In this document: positions 39,798 through 52,787 of the stretch, piece by piece
Numbering within the stretch: position 1 is the first letter of the stretch
Layout of the letters: the number at the start of each line of letters is the position of its first letter
From: Octopus vulgaris
Taxonomy: Eukaryota
NCBI GenBank assembly: GCA_951406725.2
Contig: OX597821.1
Location: 46,252,001 to 46,316,000, forward strand
Length of the DNA stretch: 64,000 nt
Reading direction: 5' to 3'
Translations under genes and position numbers: made by a program
Notes under the pieces: model-generated
Seen by the model: the letters and a program-made list of their open reading frames with translations, nothing else
The model's database searches: none
Told to the model about the DNA's origin: nothing

Positions 39798-42700
39798 TTA
39801 AGCAATATATGATCACTGATTGAGGTAGTTCACACTTTATTCACTGGGGGGCCATCATATTCCCATAATTTATAAAGTAGTTCATACTTGTTAAATGAAT
39901 GAATGGTAGTACTTACTACATGTTTATGTAGTATGGAACATTTGTAGTTATAAAAAGTATTTCTGCTGAAGCTTGTAGTTGATCACTCAGTATGGTGAAA
40001 AGTGCAAACAAATCAGTCTCTCATCACACCCTTATCTTAGTAGTGACACATTAGATAATGTTAAGCTTGAGATATTACATTTGAATAAAATGAGATGAGC
40101 TGGCCACAGCTGACTGGCATTTGATCATAAGCCTGCTCAAACATGGTTGACTAGGGCTCAACAAAAACTACACAATCTATAATATTTTTAGTGGACTATT
40201 TTATTATTTGTCATAGTTATTTAGTTAAAAATAAAATACTTTCCTTATTATTTATTCTGGCAATAAATTGAATTCAATTCAGTGATGGGTCTTTGCCACA
40301 AAAATATGATTATTACATAAGTGTTATTTTCATCTCACTTTACAAGCTATTTTCGCCAACTTATTTTAACTTGCACAATTGTGTCAAGTAGGGAACCAAA
40401 TTTTCTTGAAATCCTTTCTCAGTTTCTTAAAAATGTAGCAAATTATTGGATGATATAATTACAGATAATTATCTGAAAATAATAAGATGGAGTGGTCCTG
40501 GCTAGATTTCTATGATTATAAGTCTACTTAGTGAGGCTAAACAACAAAATATATATATTAGCTTCTCAACCAATGAGGAAACCCGTGACTTGATGGAAAT
40601 ACCACCTAAATAAATGTCCTTCGAGTTACACTTCTCTATCTTTCCAAAAAAGGCAAGATGCATGGATAAGTATAAACTTTACTCTCTATAAAAAGATGGG
40701 CAGAAGAATAAGTGCTTCACAGGGTGATGGTCTCAGCTAAACAGTGGCATTTCTTTATAAAAATACAGAAGTTTATCCAATGTATATCCTATCTTCTGTG
40801 ATAGAAGGATACCAAAGATGTTATTTTAACAAAAGCTGTATTCTTTATTGTTTGATTATAATTTTTGAAGTTAATTCCCAATACATTGTAAGATTGTGTC
40901 ATCCATGTGCATGCATTCTTAAAAGTAACTAAGACTAAAGAGTCATAAAAATGCTCTACGTATATGTGCCATGTGTTTATGGGTGTTTGTGGTAGGAAAT
41001 AATTCTCCACAAAATGAGAAATATCAGGTAAAATGAGATTTCTTTTGAAATCTAGCTTTATGCAAAACTTTCTTTCATTTATTTGTTTCTTTGATGGAGT
41101 TGGAATGAATTTGCATATTATTGATTTCTTTTAAAAGTTCTTTGAACATCTTGATCATTAAACATAATTATGATAAAGAGTTTTTTATGTCTTGTATTTT
41201 GGTTCACTGCATAAAGTTTTGTGTTAAAAACAACAGCGATGATTAGGAATAATCTTGACAAAATTAATTTGATTAGGATTTCTAGAAAGGCAGTTAAGAA
41301 ATTTGTTGGAGCCTTATTATCATGCAGTTTAGTTTCACTTGGGATTTCATCTGCAAATACATTAATTTTATAATAAAGACCATCCTGTAATTTTTTTGTT
41401 CTAATTTTCATTGATTAATTTTTGCTTAAATATTAGTTGACCACAAAGTTAAACATTTAGAAGAAGATTTGATCTCTGATAGCATTGTTATTTCTATATA
41501 ACATTAGGATCATTCAAAATAGACCACTCTTCTAAATTGAATTCTTTAAATGTTTAAGATTACATGTTTTCTCTCCTTTTTGATCTCTGACATGCCCAGT
41601 AAATCAGCAGTAACTCTTGATATGTTCTTCTCATGCTTTGCCTATTTTCAAGGAGTATATTACCTCTTTTTTAAAAATTGGAAACTAATCACAAAAGCTT
41701 CATATCTTATGTGTCTCCTATTTTAATTTGTTTTAAATAGATTTTTTACAATATGTAATTAAAAGTTTTCCATAACTGATATTTCAGATTCTTTTCAGTT
41801 TTTTCATTGACTTGTAAAATTGAATGAATTTAACATTTAATTATTTTTTGCTTTTATTATTTAAGTCTGTTTTTCAAAGCATTAAAATAAAATTTGTGTA
41901 TAAATAGGCACTAGATCTGATGTTACAAATTTTGACCATGCACGCATGCACACACACAGAGATATAATTGACGTTAAGATAAGTAGGTTTTAAAAGAATA
42001 TTTTTTTCAATATAAGATAACAAGAGATATCTGAAATAAGTTCTGTAGATCTTCATTAAGTAGTTGACAAAACATTCTTATCTCTCTGTTTGTTTTAAAA
42101 TAATTAAAAAAACTTTTAGACTCTGTGTATCCTCTATCCAGCATCTATGTGTTAGCTTGACATGCTACAATTAGCAGCTAAATCTTCCTCAAATCAGATG
42201 TATTAAGGACATTGGATAACGGTAGTTATAGACTGACTTCCTGATCTTGTCCATGGTATGACTACAAAAAATGGATTACATAAAAGTGTTCTCTCAGCTG
42301 CCTGTATGTTATAATGCTTCTGATACAAAGAGCTGTCTAGGACTGTTAACAAGCACAGTAACTGTAAGTGAAGTAATTAGCTGATTACAAACATTTTACG
42401 TCATAAATATATGCTGGAAGAGCACGATGCCAAATGATACATAAATACATAAATATAAATGATGACATGGAGGAAGAACCAGCATCTCCTACAGAGGAAT
42501 GTGACCCTGAAATTAACAAATCAATATTTAGAAAATGAATTACATTTACCTGTTTTTTGGTTAAATTTTTGTAGCTGTTCTACAGGAAATGTGTAAGAGT
42601 AAAACTGACTTTAGAGAAAGTATAGAAGTTCAGTTTTAGCTTAAGTAACAGGCAATAGTTTGGTGAAAGAGATTCACATAACAGTAGTTTTTGTTGTAAA

Positions 42701-43488
42701 GGTATCATAAACTTTACATACTTCCCCCCACAAAAAAGTGCTTATATTCTCAACTAAAAACTATTTCTTAGTGGAACAAGATATAACAACACAGTTCACC
42801 ATTCTTGTATTTCTCTCCCATGTATCACAGCATATGATAAATATCTAAAATTCATTATTCACTATCATTTCTGCCTTTGGTTCAAGAGCAGAATTTAATA
42901 TTTTGGCAAATTTGCCAAGTTACTTTGTATATTGGTAAAACGAAAACAAAAAAAAAAAAACACAGGTAGAATACTTTTAAATAACTGCTGTTTTCTAAAT
43001 TAAGAATTCATTACTAAATAAAATACATATTCTGCAATGTGATGAAGTGGCTCTGTATGCATATCTTTGATTAACACAAGTTACATACACTTCTAAACAG
43101 AATTTATAGTTTATAATCGTCAGTTATCTTTTTCACTGTCCATTACTTTTTACCAACTCATACCACCACCACTGCTGCTGTTTATTTAGTCTCATAATTG
43201 ATAAATTTATTTGTACTTTTCTGCACTTACATCATTTGCAAACTAACTCTTCCTTAAATGTACTTTTCTTGCTCCTAAACAACCAGTTGTTCCACATTTA
43301 GGAAGAACCATTAGTACTTCAATGTAAATACTTGTACAATATTTACTCACAAGTAGACTTCCTTACCATAATATTTTGTTAATAGCCAGCAGTTCTTTGT
43401 AAATGTTATTAATCAGTTAATCTACCGATAAGTCTCTTTCTTGTTCACACACATGCATGTACACACATTGTATTGTATTTCTATTTTA

Positions 43489-43698
43489 TTTGTAAAGAAT
43501 AAAAAGTTTTGAATGGTACAACAATGCACTATAATACAATGTGCTATATACTTGTTGTAATTTAGTCATCCATAGTTTGATATGATATTCCGAAATATCA
43601 TATCAGACTATGGCTGACTAAATTACAACAGGTATATAGCCCTTTGTCTGTATTATAGTGCATTGTTGTACCATTCAAAATTTTTTATTCTTTACAAA
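43489..43698. repeat. ~210-bp near-perfect palindrome
   Basis: Arms TTTGTAAAGAATAAAAA...GATATGATATT and AATATCATATC...TTTTTATTCTTTACAAA surround a CCGA centre at about 43590. Confidence 0.93.
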
Positions 43699-46388
43699 CG
43701 ATACACAATACTTCAAGCAAACTACAGTACTCACCTATTTTATTTACTTGATGCTTATATGTTTGTTGCTGGTATTCCCACTGTAAGGAATGGTCTTATA
43801 TGTTAAATTGTTTTGGTTGGCCAATTTATTGGGACTCAGTTCCTGATCCTTCACTTTTCTATATATTTTTACTTCCTCAAAATCTATTTCTTACTTTAGT
43901 TTCTGATTTCTGTTGAGACTTGTGAATTCTATTTTTTTTTTTCCTTTTTTGCCCACAAAGGTACAAAACCTGTTGTCTAACCATTTTGTTTACATTTTTA
44001 CAAGGCAGCTAAAATTATGCTCATTAGAAATGTTATATCTTACATCTTAAATAAATCAAAAACAATGACAAGCATTATGAATGAGTGACTTATTCCACAT
44101 TGTTAGTGCATGCACTGTTGTACAAATTAAACTGGTTTGACTGTGTCTGAGTTTGTATATTCCATAGTTATTTGCTATTGGAGAGAAGATAGTTGTATCC
44201 TCTCTGATCCAATGTCTAACCAGTCTAAGAATGTTAATTTTTTTTTGCCCATGGAAAGATAAATCCTGTGCTGTAACCATTTTATTTACTTTTTCAAACA
44301 AGATTAAAATTACTTATTTGTTAAAAACAAGGTATAGCTTTTAACTCAGAGACATTTCAGATGAAATAGTCTACGTATCAAGGGGGATCATATACATTTT
44401 TTTTTTTTTTTTCACCAGTGCCTTCAGCTAGCTGGACCACGAGTTTATTATCCCTGGAACTTTTAATTAATTGTTCTTTATCTACTTTAGGTCAAAGATC
44501 ACACTTTTAAATAATACCTTTCTATCAGTATAGTGGTTTCAAATTTTGGAATACGGCCAGCAATTTCAGGGGTTGGGGTAAGTCAATTATATCCACCACA
44601 GTGCTCAACTAGTTCTTGTTTTATCAATCTCAAAAGGATGAAAGGCCAAGTTGACCATGGCAGAATTTGAACTCAGAACACAAAGACAGATGAAATGTAG
44701 CTAAGCATTTTTGCCCAGTGTGCTAACAATTCTGCCAGCTCAATGCCATTTTTATTACTGTAATAGTAAGTTCCTACTTACTATTATATAATTGTATAAT
44801 GTTAAGAGAAGTAACTCACAAAAAATGAGAAATAAGCAGCTGGTAGTTATGGTAGTGGGATGACAAAGGTACTGGCAGTGACATTGTTGTTGATAATGGT
44901 GAAAATAAAGAGAAGCAGAGATAGATAGATAGATAGATAGATACATAGATACATAGATAGATAGACAGATGGACAGCAAGTTATTTCTAATGTATCACTC
45001 TTTGAGAGGAGTATTCATGTACTCATTCAGATATGCTCGTATTTGAAGGATATTCTTTACCCAAAATGACACCCATTGGACACCTGCTTACCTAGTTTCC
45101 ATGGTGTTTAAGTGACTAAAAGTATAAGACCTCACTCCTCCCAAACAGGATACTAGTCTGTAACAGAGTTAACCCTCAACTGTTGCTGGTACTCATTTTC
45201 AAATGAGTAAACTAAAGCAACATGATATGGAATGCATTGCTCAAGGGCACAATATGCCACTTTGATTGAGAATTAAACTCACAACCAATGCATCCCCCCT
45301 TTAAGTTTCTTTGTAGGTGTGTACAAAAGTTTGCACTGTGTACAAATTTTACCTTCCTTTGTAAAGTATGTGCACGTTTATGCAAATAACCATCACTCAT
45401 ATTTCTTCAATTATACAAAAATCTGATTTCATTGTGTAAACTTTGTGTTTGCACCTTATCTTTCCTTTCCTACTTGTGCACATACAAGCACACTACTTAG
45501 AAGGGTCACTGCTTACAACTTACTGATCATGATTCCTCTATTCAAACTGTTTGTTGTGTACCTATGTGTTTTAGATGGGGATGGCTATATAATAACTCAT
45601 TATGTGAATTATAGACAGGCTGCTCTAAATATTCTGTTGTGTCTCTGAACAAGAGGCCGTGTTCTACAAACCTAGGTTTACTCTACTTTGTGAGATAGGG
45701 ACTACATCATAAATTATTTGCATTTGAGTAACATGCTGTCCTAGGGTATATTCACTTCAACTACTTAATTGATGAGATTTCATCACCGTTGTCTGATTCG
45801 TAAGATTAGTGTAAATTAATCTTGATTAACAAATGTATCTAGTTACCTTCTGGTGTAACAGTGCTTTCAGAATATTTTATGGTAGTATGTCGTTTTTATA
45901 TAAAATACAATCATCACTAATCAGCTCTTCATTTTGGGACACTATTATTTATCTGGGATTAAATTACTTGATTAGTAAAATTGCTAAACTTGTCATGTAT
46001 TATTTTTCAATTGTATTTTATGAAAGCAAATTTATAAAAATAATTAGGATGTAAATGTACAAGATGTTTTTTAGACAATGGTCTTGAAACCTTAGAAGAG
46101 CCTTACAGAATTGTTTTGATTCTCTATATTGGGTTCAAATGTTGTCAACTTCAGTTTACCTTCTCATAACATTTTAACTTATTGAAATTGCTTGTGGATT
46201 AATTGTTGCTGATAAAGACTGTCACCACTTTACTTGGATTCCAGATTTTATTTTAGTACTTAATCCCTGAAGAGGTGAGAAAATAAGCTCCTTTCCTTAT
46301 TGAAGAGAAACTATTTTGATTTATTTGTATATTGTTTGATATCTTGTTTTACACTTGTAAACTGATTCTTATTTTCTTCTCTTTGCAG

Positions 46389-46520
46389 AGATTTCTAAAT
46401 CTCCAGAGAAAAGCCATTCTGTAGGGATTAAAATAACTGAATTGAATCCTCATTTGACATGTATCTTGTGCGGAGGATATTTTATTGATGCTACAACCAT
46501 AATTGAATGTCTCCATCCTT
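46389..46520 (+). CDS. BMI1: BMI1/PCGF-like Polycomb RING finger gene, first identifiable coding exon (RING N-half); no ATG in this exon
   Basis: Splice sites ctttgcag|...|gtaagt. Translates [44 protein letters not shown](F), matching BMI1 [33 protein letters not shown]. The 5' acceptor is uncertain (in-frame alternatives at 46407 and 46425). Symbol denotes the BMI1/PCGF2-4 orthogroup. Confidence 0.93.
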
Positions 46521-49069
46521 GTAAGTAAAAATAAAGGAGAAAAATTTTCAGTTTTCTTAATTTGACTAAAAGAGTTTTTTGAAGCTTTTACACACACATA
46601 GATGCTCTGAACATTGCATTTGACAGCTTTATCTGAATGCCAGTGGCGGCTCATAGATAAAATAAGTGGGAGTGCTACTTCAGAAAATTTTTAGCCATTG
46701 ATTTAATATTGTGTAAAAGGGAACAAACATATAAAAAGAAAATTTACACATAAACTTGATCGGTTCACATTCTAGCCACTGCCAGGTAGTGTTTATATTT
46801 TTTTCACTGAACACCGCTGTGAATTCCCAATTCTTTTTCAAAAACACTCCCTTAATTACAAAATAAGGGGGAAAAATGTGCCCTATTTTTCAAATCCTGG
46901 CACTAACACTGAAGCTGGAAGCAGGATAATAATCTAATTCTATGCTTTATCGCATTCAAGAATATAAACACGTTTTAAGCACAACACACGCAGAGTCAAA
47001 AAGAAACACTACCTTTCACTAGAACACAGGTGTTGGCACTGTCATTCATACAGTACTCTCTCTCCCTAGCATGAAGCTCCCTATCTTGGACATGTGAGCA
47101 CACACACACAACATCCAAACCCTGCTTTGCTGGAACTGTGAAGTGCACAGTTCTATACAATGATTTTTGTATTTTTTTTCATAAACAAGGGGATGGCTAC
47201 TGACATTAAGCTTAAGGATTATATAATGTACAAGTATAAAGAAAGAAAGAATTAAAGAAAAAATAGACTCATTATATTGAATGTTATCAATGATATTGAG
47301 TGGAAATAGGGAGTACTGCAGCTCCACAGTGCCTATACATGAGCCACCACTGCTGAATGCAGAGGAGCTTATGTTACTAAAAAACATATGCTTGAGAAGC
47401 AATTGTATTGGTTTGGGCACAATGTGGTGTGACTTGAGGATGCAAACTAGACGGGATAGTGAAAGAAATTGGGAAAAAAATTCACCATTTATTAAGAAAA
47501 CTTCAAATAGCTGATTTCCCTGAGCCTAACTATTCTCTCAATAAAATATAAAACCTGTTGTTTTTTTTCCCCACTTGAGTTCAAGCCTTGAGCTATTCTT
47601 TTATTGAAACCAGAAGTCCTCCATCTTTTCCCAAATGTTTTTTTTTTTTTTTTGATTGACTGCTCATGACATTGACTTCAACTATATCAAAAATTAACAT
47701 ACACAGAGCTGTTATATTATGATGTAAAAACTTTGTTGAAATATTGAGTAGATTTTAAAGTATCATGACGATTCCAGTTTTTTCTTTTTTTAATTGTTGT
47801 ACACATATGTATTATCTGCTTTCTCTGTCTGTTTTGTCTCCTCAACAAACTCCGTTTCTTGAACTCGCTAGTTACATACAACTTCCCACTAAGCCTACTA
47901 AAATACCCCATCTCTTCCTCTTGTCACTCTGCTGAGCCTTGCCACCCAAACCCTATATTAATCCCTATACACAATCCTTCTCAGAGTATCAACTCTTGGA
48001 ATTTCCTTGTCATCTATATCTGCCTGTTGATGTCATCTATTATAACTTTAACATGTAGATATTCAAAGCAAGCTATACATTGCATGCATCTGATCAGTCT
48101 CAGAATGCCTGCAAGGGTTAAGAAAAGTGTTTTCCTCCTGACTAAGTCATAGAAAATGGAAGCTATGAAGTGAAGACTAAAGGAAATCTAATAGAAAGTG
48201 AACCTATGAAAAATTTCACTCCCTTTATTTATCCTCTGTTCTATACTACCTGTGTAAGTAAGGGTGTCAATAGATCTCTCTTATTCACTTTATCAACATT
48301 CCTATATAATTAGGAATGACATTAAACCTGTCTGAGCTATCTCTATAATACTCATTTTCTCTCTTATTCACATTACCATGCCACCCAGGAAATGTGGGAT
48401 AGGATTGGACCTATTCATATTCAATTTCCCCCACAACCATCTTTAACGTCCACTTTTGTTACTCACTACAAGACCAAGGTATAAATGATTGCATTTCATC
48501 AGTTAGTACTCTACCATCAATCTGTCTTGCCATTGTCCATCTCATTTACTACCCATTACTCTGTCTTATCGTTCCCCACCTCAGTTATTCCATCACTCAG
48601 TCTTACAATTGTCCACCTCTGTGGACACTCTTTCAACACTCTCAACTATCACCCATCACTTAGTGTTACCATTGTCCACTTTAGTCACTATCCATCACTC
48701 AGACATATCCTTCTCTGCCTCAATTATTCTTCCATCACTCTGTCTTACCTCAGTTACTCTCCATCACTCAGTCTTGGCTTTGTCCATCCCAGCTACTCCT
48801 CTATCAATCAGTCTTTTCATTGTCAATCTCAGTTCTATATAAATATATATTCTCTATTGTACTCTTTTATGAAAAGCTAAAATTCTGAGGTATATTTTAT
48901 GTTACTCCAATCTTTGTAATGCATTCAATGCTATTTCTTGTTTATATGAATTAGCTTGCATCTACTCATTATATATGTGTGTAATTTGCATGTTGTTATG
49001 AAACTTACTGTTTATGGTTTCAGTCCCACTATCCAAACTTAATTACTACTTTATCACCACTTTCTTTAG

Positions 49070-49166
49070 TTTGCCGTGCCTGCATTGTGCGTTACCTGGA
49101 ATCTAGTAAATTCTGCCCCATTTGTGAAGTCATGGTCCACAAAACTAGACCACTACAGAACATAAG
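49070..49166 (+). CDS. BMI1: BMI1/PCGF-like exon (RING C-half)
   Basis: Splice sites ttctttag|...|gtaaca, 97 nt. Translates (F)CRACIVRYLESSKFCPICEVMVHKTRPLQNI(R) versus BMI1 [33 protein letters not shown]. Phase-compatible with both neighbours. Confidence 0.96.
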
Positions 49167-51043
49167 GTAACATTGAATTTGTCTATAAATTGATATCAAA
49201 ACATTTTTTTAATTATAATTCTTTTCAAATATTATTATTAGTTGGGTTATTGTTGTATCATTATCGTCAATATTATTTCATACTTTTTCCCAGTTATGAG
49301 TGTGTGTGTATATATTACCCTATATGTGGCACCCTATGTATGTTCATAGCATACATAGGGTACCACATATGAAGGTTATACTTTTTCCTTTTCTGCATAT
49401 CAAGTAAGACATTTCCCTGGGGCTACCAAGTTTCTATCTTCTTCACTAGCTAAACTAAAATCTTAATTTTCTCTAAGTTTATCTTGATGCCTTTTGATTG
49501 AAGATTTAGCTTCCACACCAGGAATTTCTTCTCTACTACTACTACTACTACTGTAGATTCTGCTTTGAAAACTAGACCATCTGCATTTAGGAGTTCCCAT
49601 GGACAGTGTTGGTACCATGAGAAAAACTCTCAGTACACTTTGTAATAGTGGTTGATTACAGGAAGGGTATCCAGTCATAGAAATGAAGCTAAATGATTTG
49701 TAGAAGCACCAATCTATGGAAGGAGTGACTTTCTATAAGAAATGGCTCAGACTATGACAACCTGTCTAACTCACACACACACACACACACACCCATATGC
49801 CTTACCTGAATAGGAAATCTGCAGCATGTAAAATTTTACATTTATTTAGGAATTCTAGGATTTTATTGAAAGATGTATTTTTTTTATTATTATTATTTAC
49901 TTTAATATTTCATTGTAGGAATTAATTGCATGATGTCAACACACATCTATTTTCATTTTCTTCCTTAAATTTTTTTTTTCTTGCCTGGAATAGGAAAGGA
50001 ATTTCAAGACCAAGTAATTACGTACATAATATAGATTATTTAAAGAATTAATTTCACAAAAAATGCATTACATAATATTTTATGCATAATCTGCTAATAT
50101 GTGTGGCTGATATGTCACTCTGATTATGGCATTAGGTTATGTTAATAATCATATTTTTAATGATTTCTCTCATGTTAAGTTCACAATTTTGTATATGTGT
50201 GCATTTTGCAATCTTTAATTTTAGGGTTTTTTTTTTTTTATCATGATATAAAAAATATTGTTTTATCTCACTGCCATTATATATTTATGAGTTCTGCCTG
50301 ACTGTCTTTCTACTATTGTTTTCTCATTCTTTCTCTTCCCTCACTCACCCCTCTTACTTGTAGTCTTTATCTTCTCTCCTTTCCTCTTAAACTGACTACA
50401 TGCAATTTGATCCAGAACATTTGCTGATAATGCATGGTAATAGGTTTAAGCATATAAATATTGGAATTGCAAAATAAGCTTCAGAATTTGTCCATTGATT
50501 TTGAAGTATTGATAAAGTTTCTAGTTTAACTACACCTTTATTCATGTAATATTAGGAGTGGGGTGAAGATAGTCTCAGTAACCATTCATCTATTTTTGTC
50601 AGTCTAGTAAATTAAGGATACTTTTGCTTAAGGGCACAACACAATAACTATAGTAACCAAATGATCACTAGTTCTTCACCTTAGTGTTCAATGTGTTTTC
50701 AGTGGTCCTTCACTGCCATTTCAAATGTTCAGCATATCCAGCCAGTAAAATTAGGTTATCTCCTTTGTGTGTTTGCTTGATTGATTGCTGTATATTATGC
50801 TATTTTAATTTGAATTTTGATGCATCACACTGAGAACACTAGTTTCTTTCCAATCAGAAAAGTTAAGTAACATTTTAGGTGGTACTTAACTTTTAGACAC
50901 AGGTATGCTATAGGCACAAACAAGTTTACTGTGTGACATTTTGAGCAAATTCCTTGTTCTGTAGTGATGTGGTGATGAATGTCTTGTGAATGAATTTGGT
51001 AGATAGAAATTGTTCGTAATTTATTGTGCGTGAAATTCTTTAA

Positions 51044-52787
51044 CCCTTTAGTATACAGATTAACCTGTCAAATGTAATGCTTACTTGTTCACATTATTTT
51101 GAATTATTCAGGTTCAAGAGGGGTGTCCAGAGTATTTGCTTATAACTGAATTTTTTCATACAGATTTGAAAATTTGTCAGTGGGTGCTTATGTACCAGTG
51201 GTTTATAGTTATGTAACTTTAGCTGATCTTAATGATTGAATTTGACTTTTATGGGCAGGTAAATTTAATTAACAAGGGTAAAAGCAATAACTTTATGGAT
51301 AAACACTAAAATTGAAATTCTTAATGCATCTGTTTGACTTGTTGTTAAATTCATCCCAGATATCAACTGCCAACAATTTTGCTACTTGTCAAGTTGAGGT
51401 ACATTAGTTTGAATTTATTAAAATACAGATTTTATTCTTTCTCTAGATTTCATTCAAGCATTTTCATTGAAAATAAAGTACAAAACTCTTTTACTAGTCA
51501 ATATACCATTGGCTATGTACTGTTATACAATTTAGTGAATACATTTACATAGCAGAATGCATCTAATTAAAAAAGCTCATTAACAAGTGAGATAAAGGTG
51601 AAAACAGGTATGTAACATACTGAAAATTGATATCTGTTTCTCCCTTTCACATAGTATTTGTAATGAAATGAAAGGAATATATGATAGTATTACTATCAAA
51701 CAACAAAATATAGTTATGCCATATTTCAATCATGAAATTGTCCAAAACACAAGGGCACTTTGCAAAATGAACACATAAATTAGGTCTCAACCTGATATTC
51801 TTTTGCAGGTTTTCTTTTGTGCTGTGAATACACACTGCAAACTTTTTTCCTTCCATTTATTTTTTCCACTTTATGGGAGTCAATATTTTCTCTCTTGACA
51901 TCCACCTCAGTTAATTTTGCTTTTCTCCCAGTTTTGTGCTTTCTGGAAGAAATCCCTCACATAACAGAGATGCGATGTCAATCCAAAATTTCAAATGGTC
52001 ATAGGCCGTTGGTGGCAGAGCTACCTTCTGGCTTTTTACATAAACAATATATGAATTAACTATAGTTAGACATAATGCTATATCAGGACTTATACCTTAT
52101 ATCAGGATTCCAGTAGTTTCACAGTCGAGGAAGCAGCTTGAAACCAAACATAATGTTTATAGTAAAAAAAGCTTGTATATCCGCAGTATCAGTTGGCTGC
52201 TATAGTGGATCAGGTCTTCCACTATTAGAAATTATGTGTTGAGCATATTTATTTGTTTCCTCAAAAAAACTTTTCAGTAAAAATAAAAATGAATAGTCCA
52301 ATGGTTGAGCATTGGGAGGTTGACTGTATTGTGGACTAATCTTTTCTGTGAAATTGGAAATTGTAGTTGATGTAGTAATCTTCAACCATATTGCTGTAAT
52401 GTTTTCAATATCATTTCCATCCTTTTCATTATCAAGATATTCCTCGTCTGATGAAATTTCGTAAATATCAGTATCAGATTCATCCGAAGGCAAATCACTG
52501 TTGTTCTCATTTATATTTTGTACACCATCAAGAGTAAATAAAACCTTCAAAGTCGGAATCACTACTTGCTGATGGCCATATTGTTAAAAACTAAGATAGA
52601 GACTTTTTTTCAAATGTTGAAAAAACCAAGAAGTCTCAAAAATTTTGTGGTATTTTTACTTGAATAAAGGCAGGAAAGGCTTTATCTCACATTAACTCAA
52701 AGCTATGAGAATTCAATAACGTGATTTGTTTATTTTTTTAGTGATTTTGTAGAGGAATTGGATACAGCTGGTCTGAACACTAAAAGG
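51044..52787 (-). mobile_element. Internally deleted piggyBac element with transposase remnants
   Basis: TTAA|CCCTTTAGTATACAGA...TCTGAACACTAAAAGG|TTAA. The minus strand has an acidic N-terminus plus PPNAQPLDYSFLFLLKSFFEETNKYAQ (52200-52562) and a Cys-rich C-terminal remnant (51700-51856). Confidence 0.75.

Noticed and set aside
38700-46388. COMMD3 exons upstream of BMI1, as in vertebrate COMMD3-BMI1 read-through
   Set aside because: I could not find any COMMD3-like peptide in the window.
46641-46781. CAGTGGC...GCCACTG termini suggesting a hAT MITE
   Set aside because: Only a 7-bp inverted match and no 8-bp TSD.
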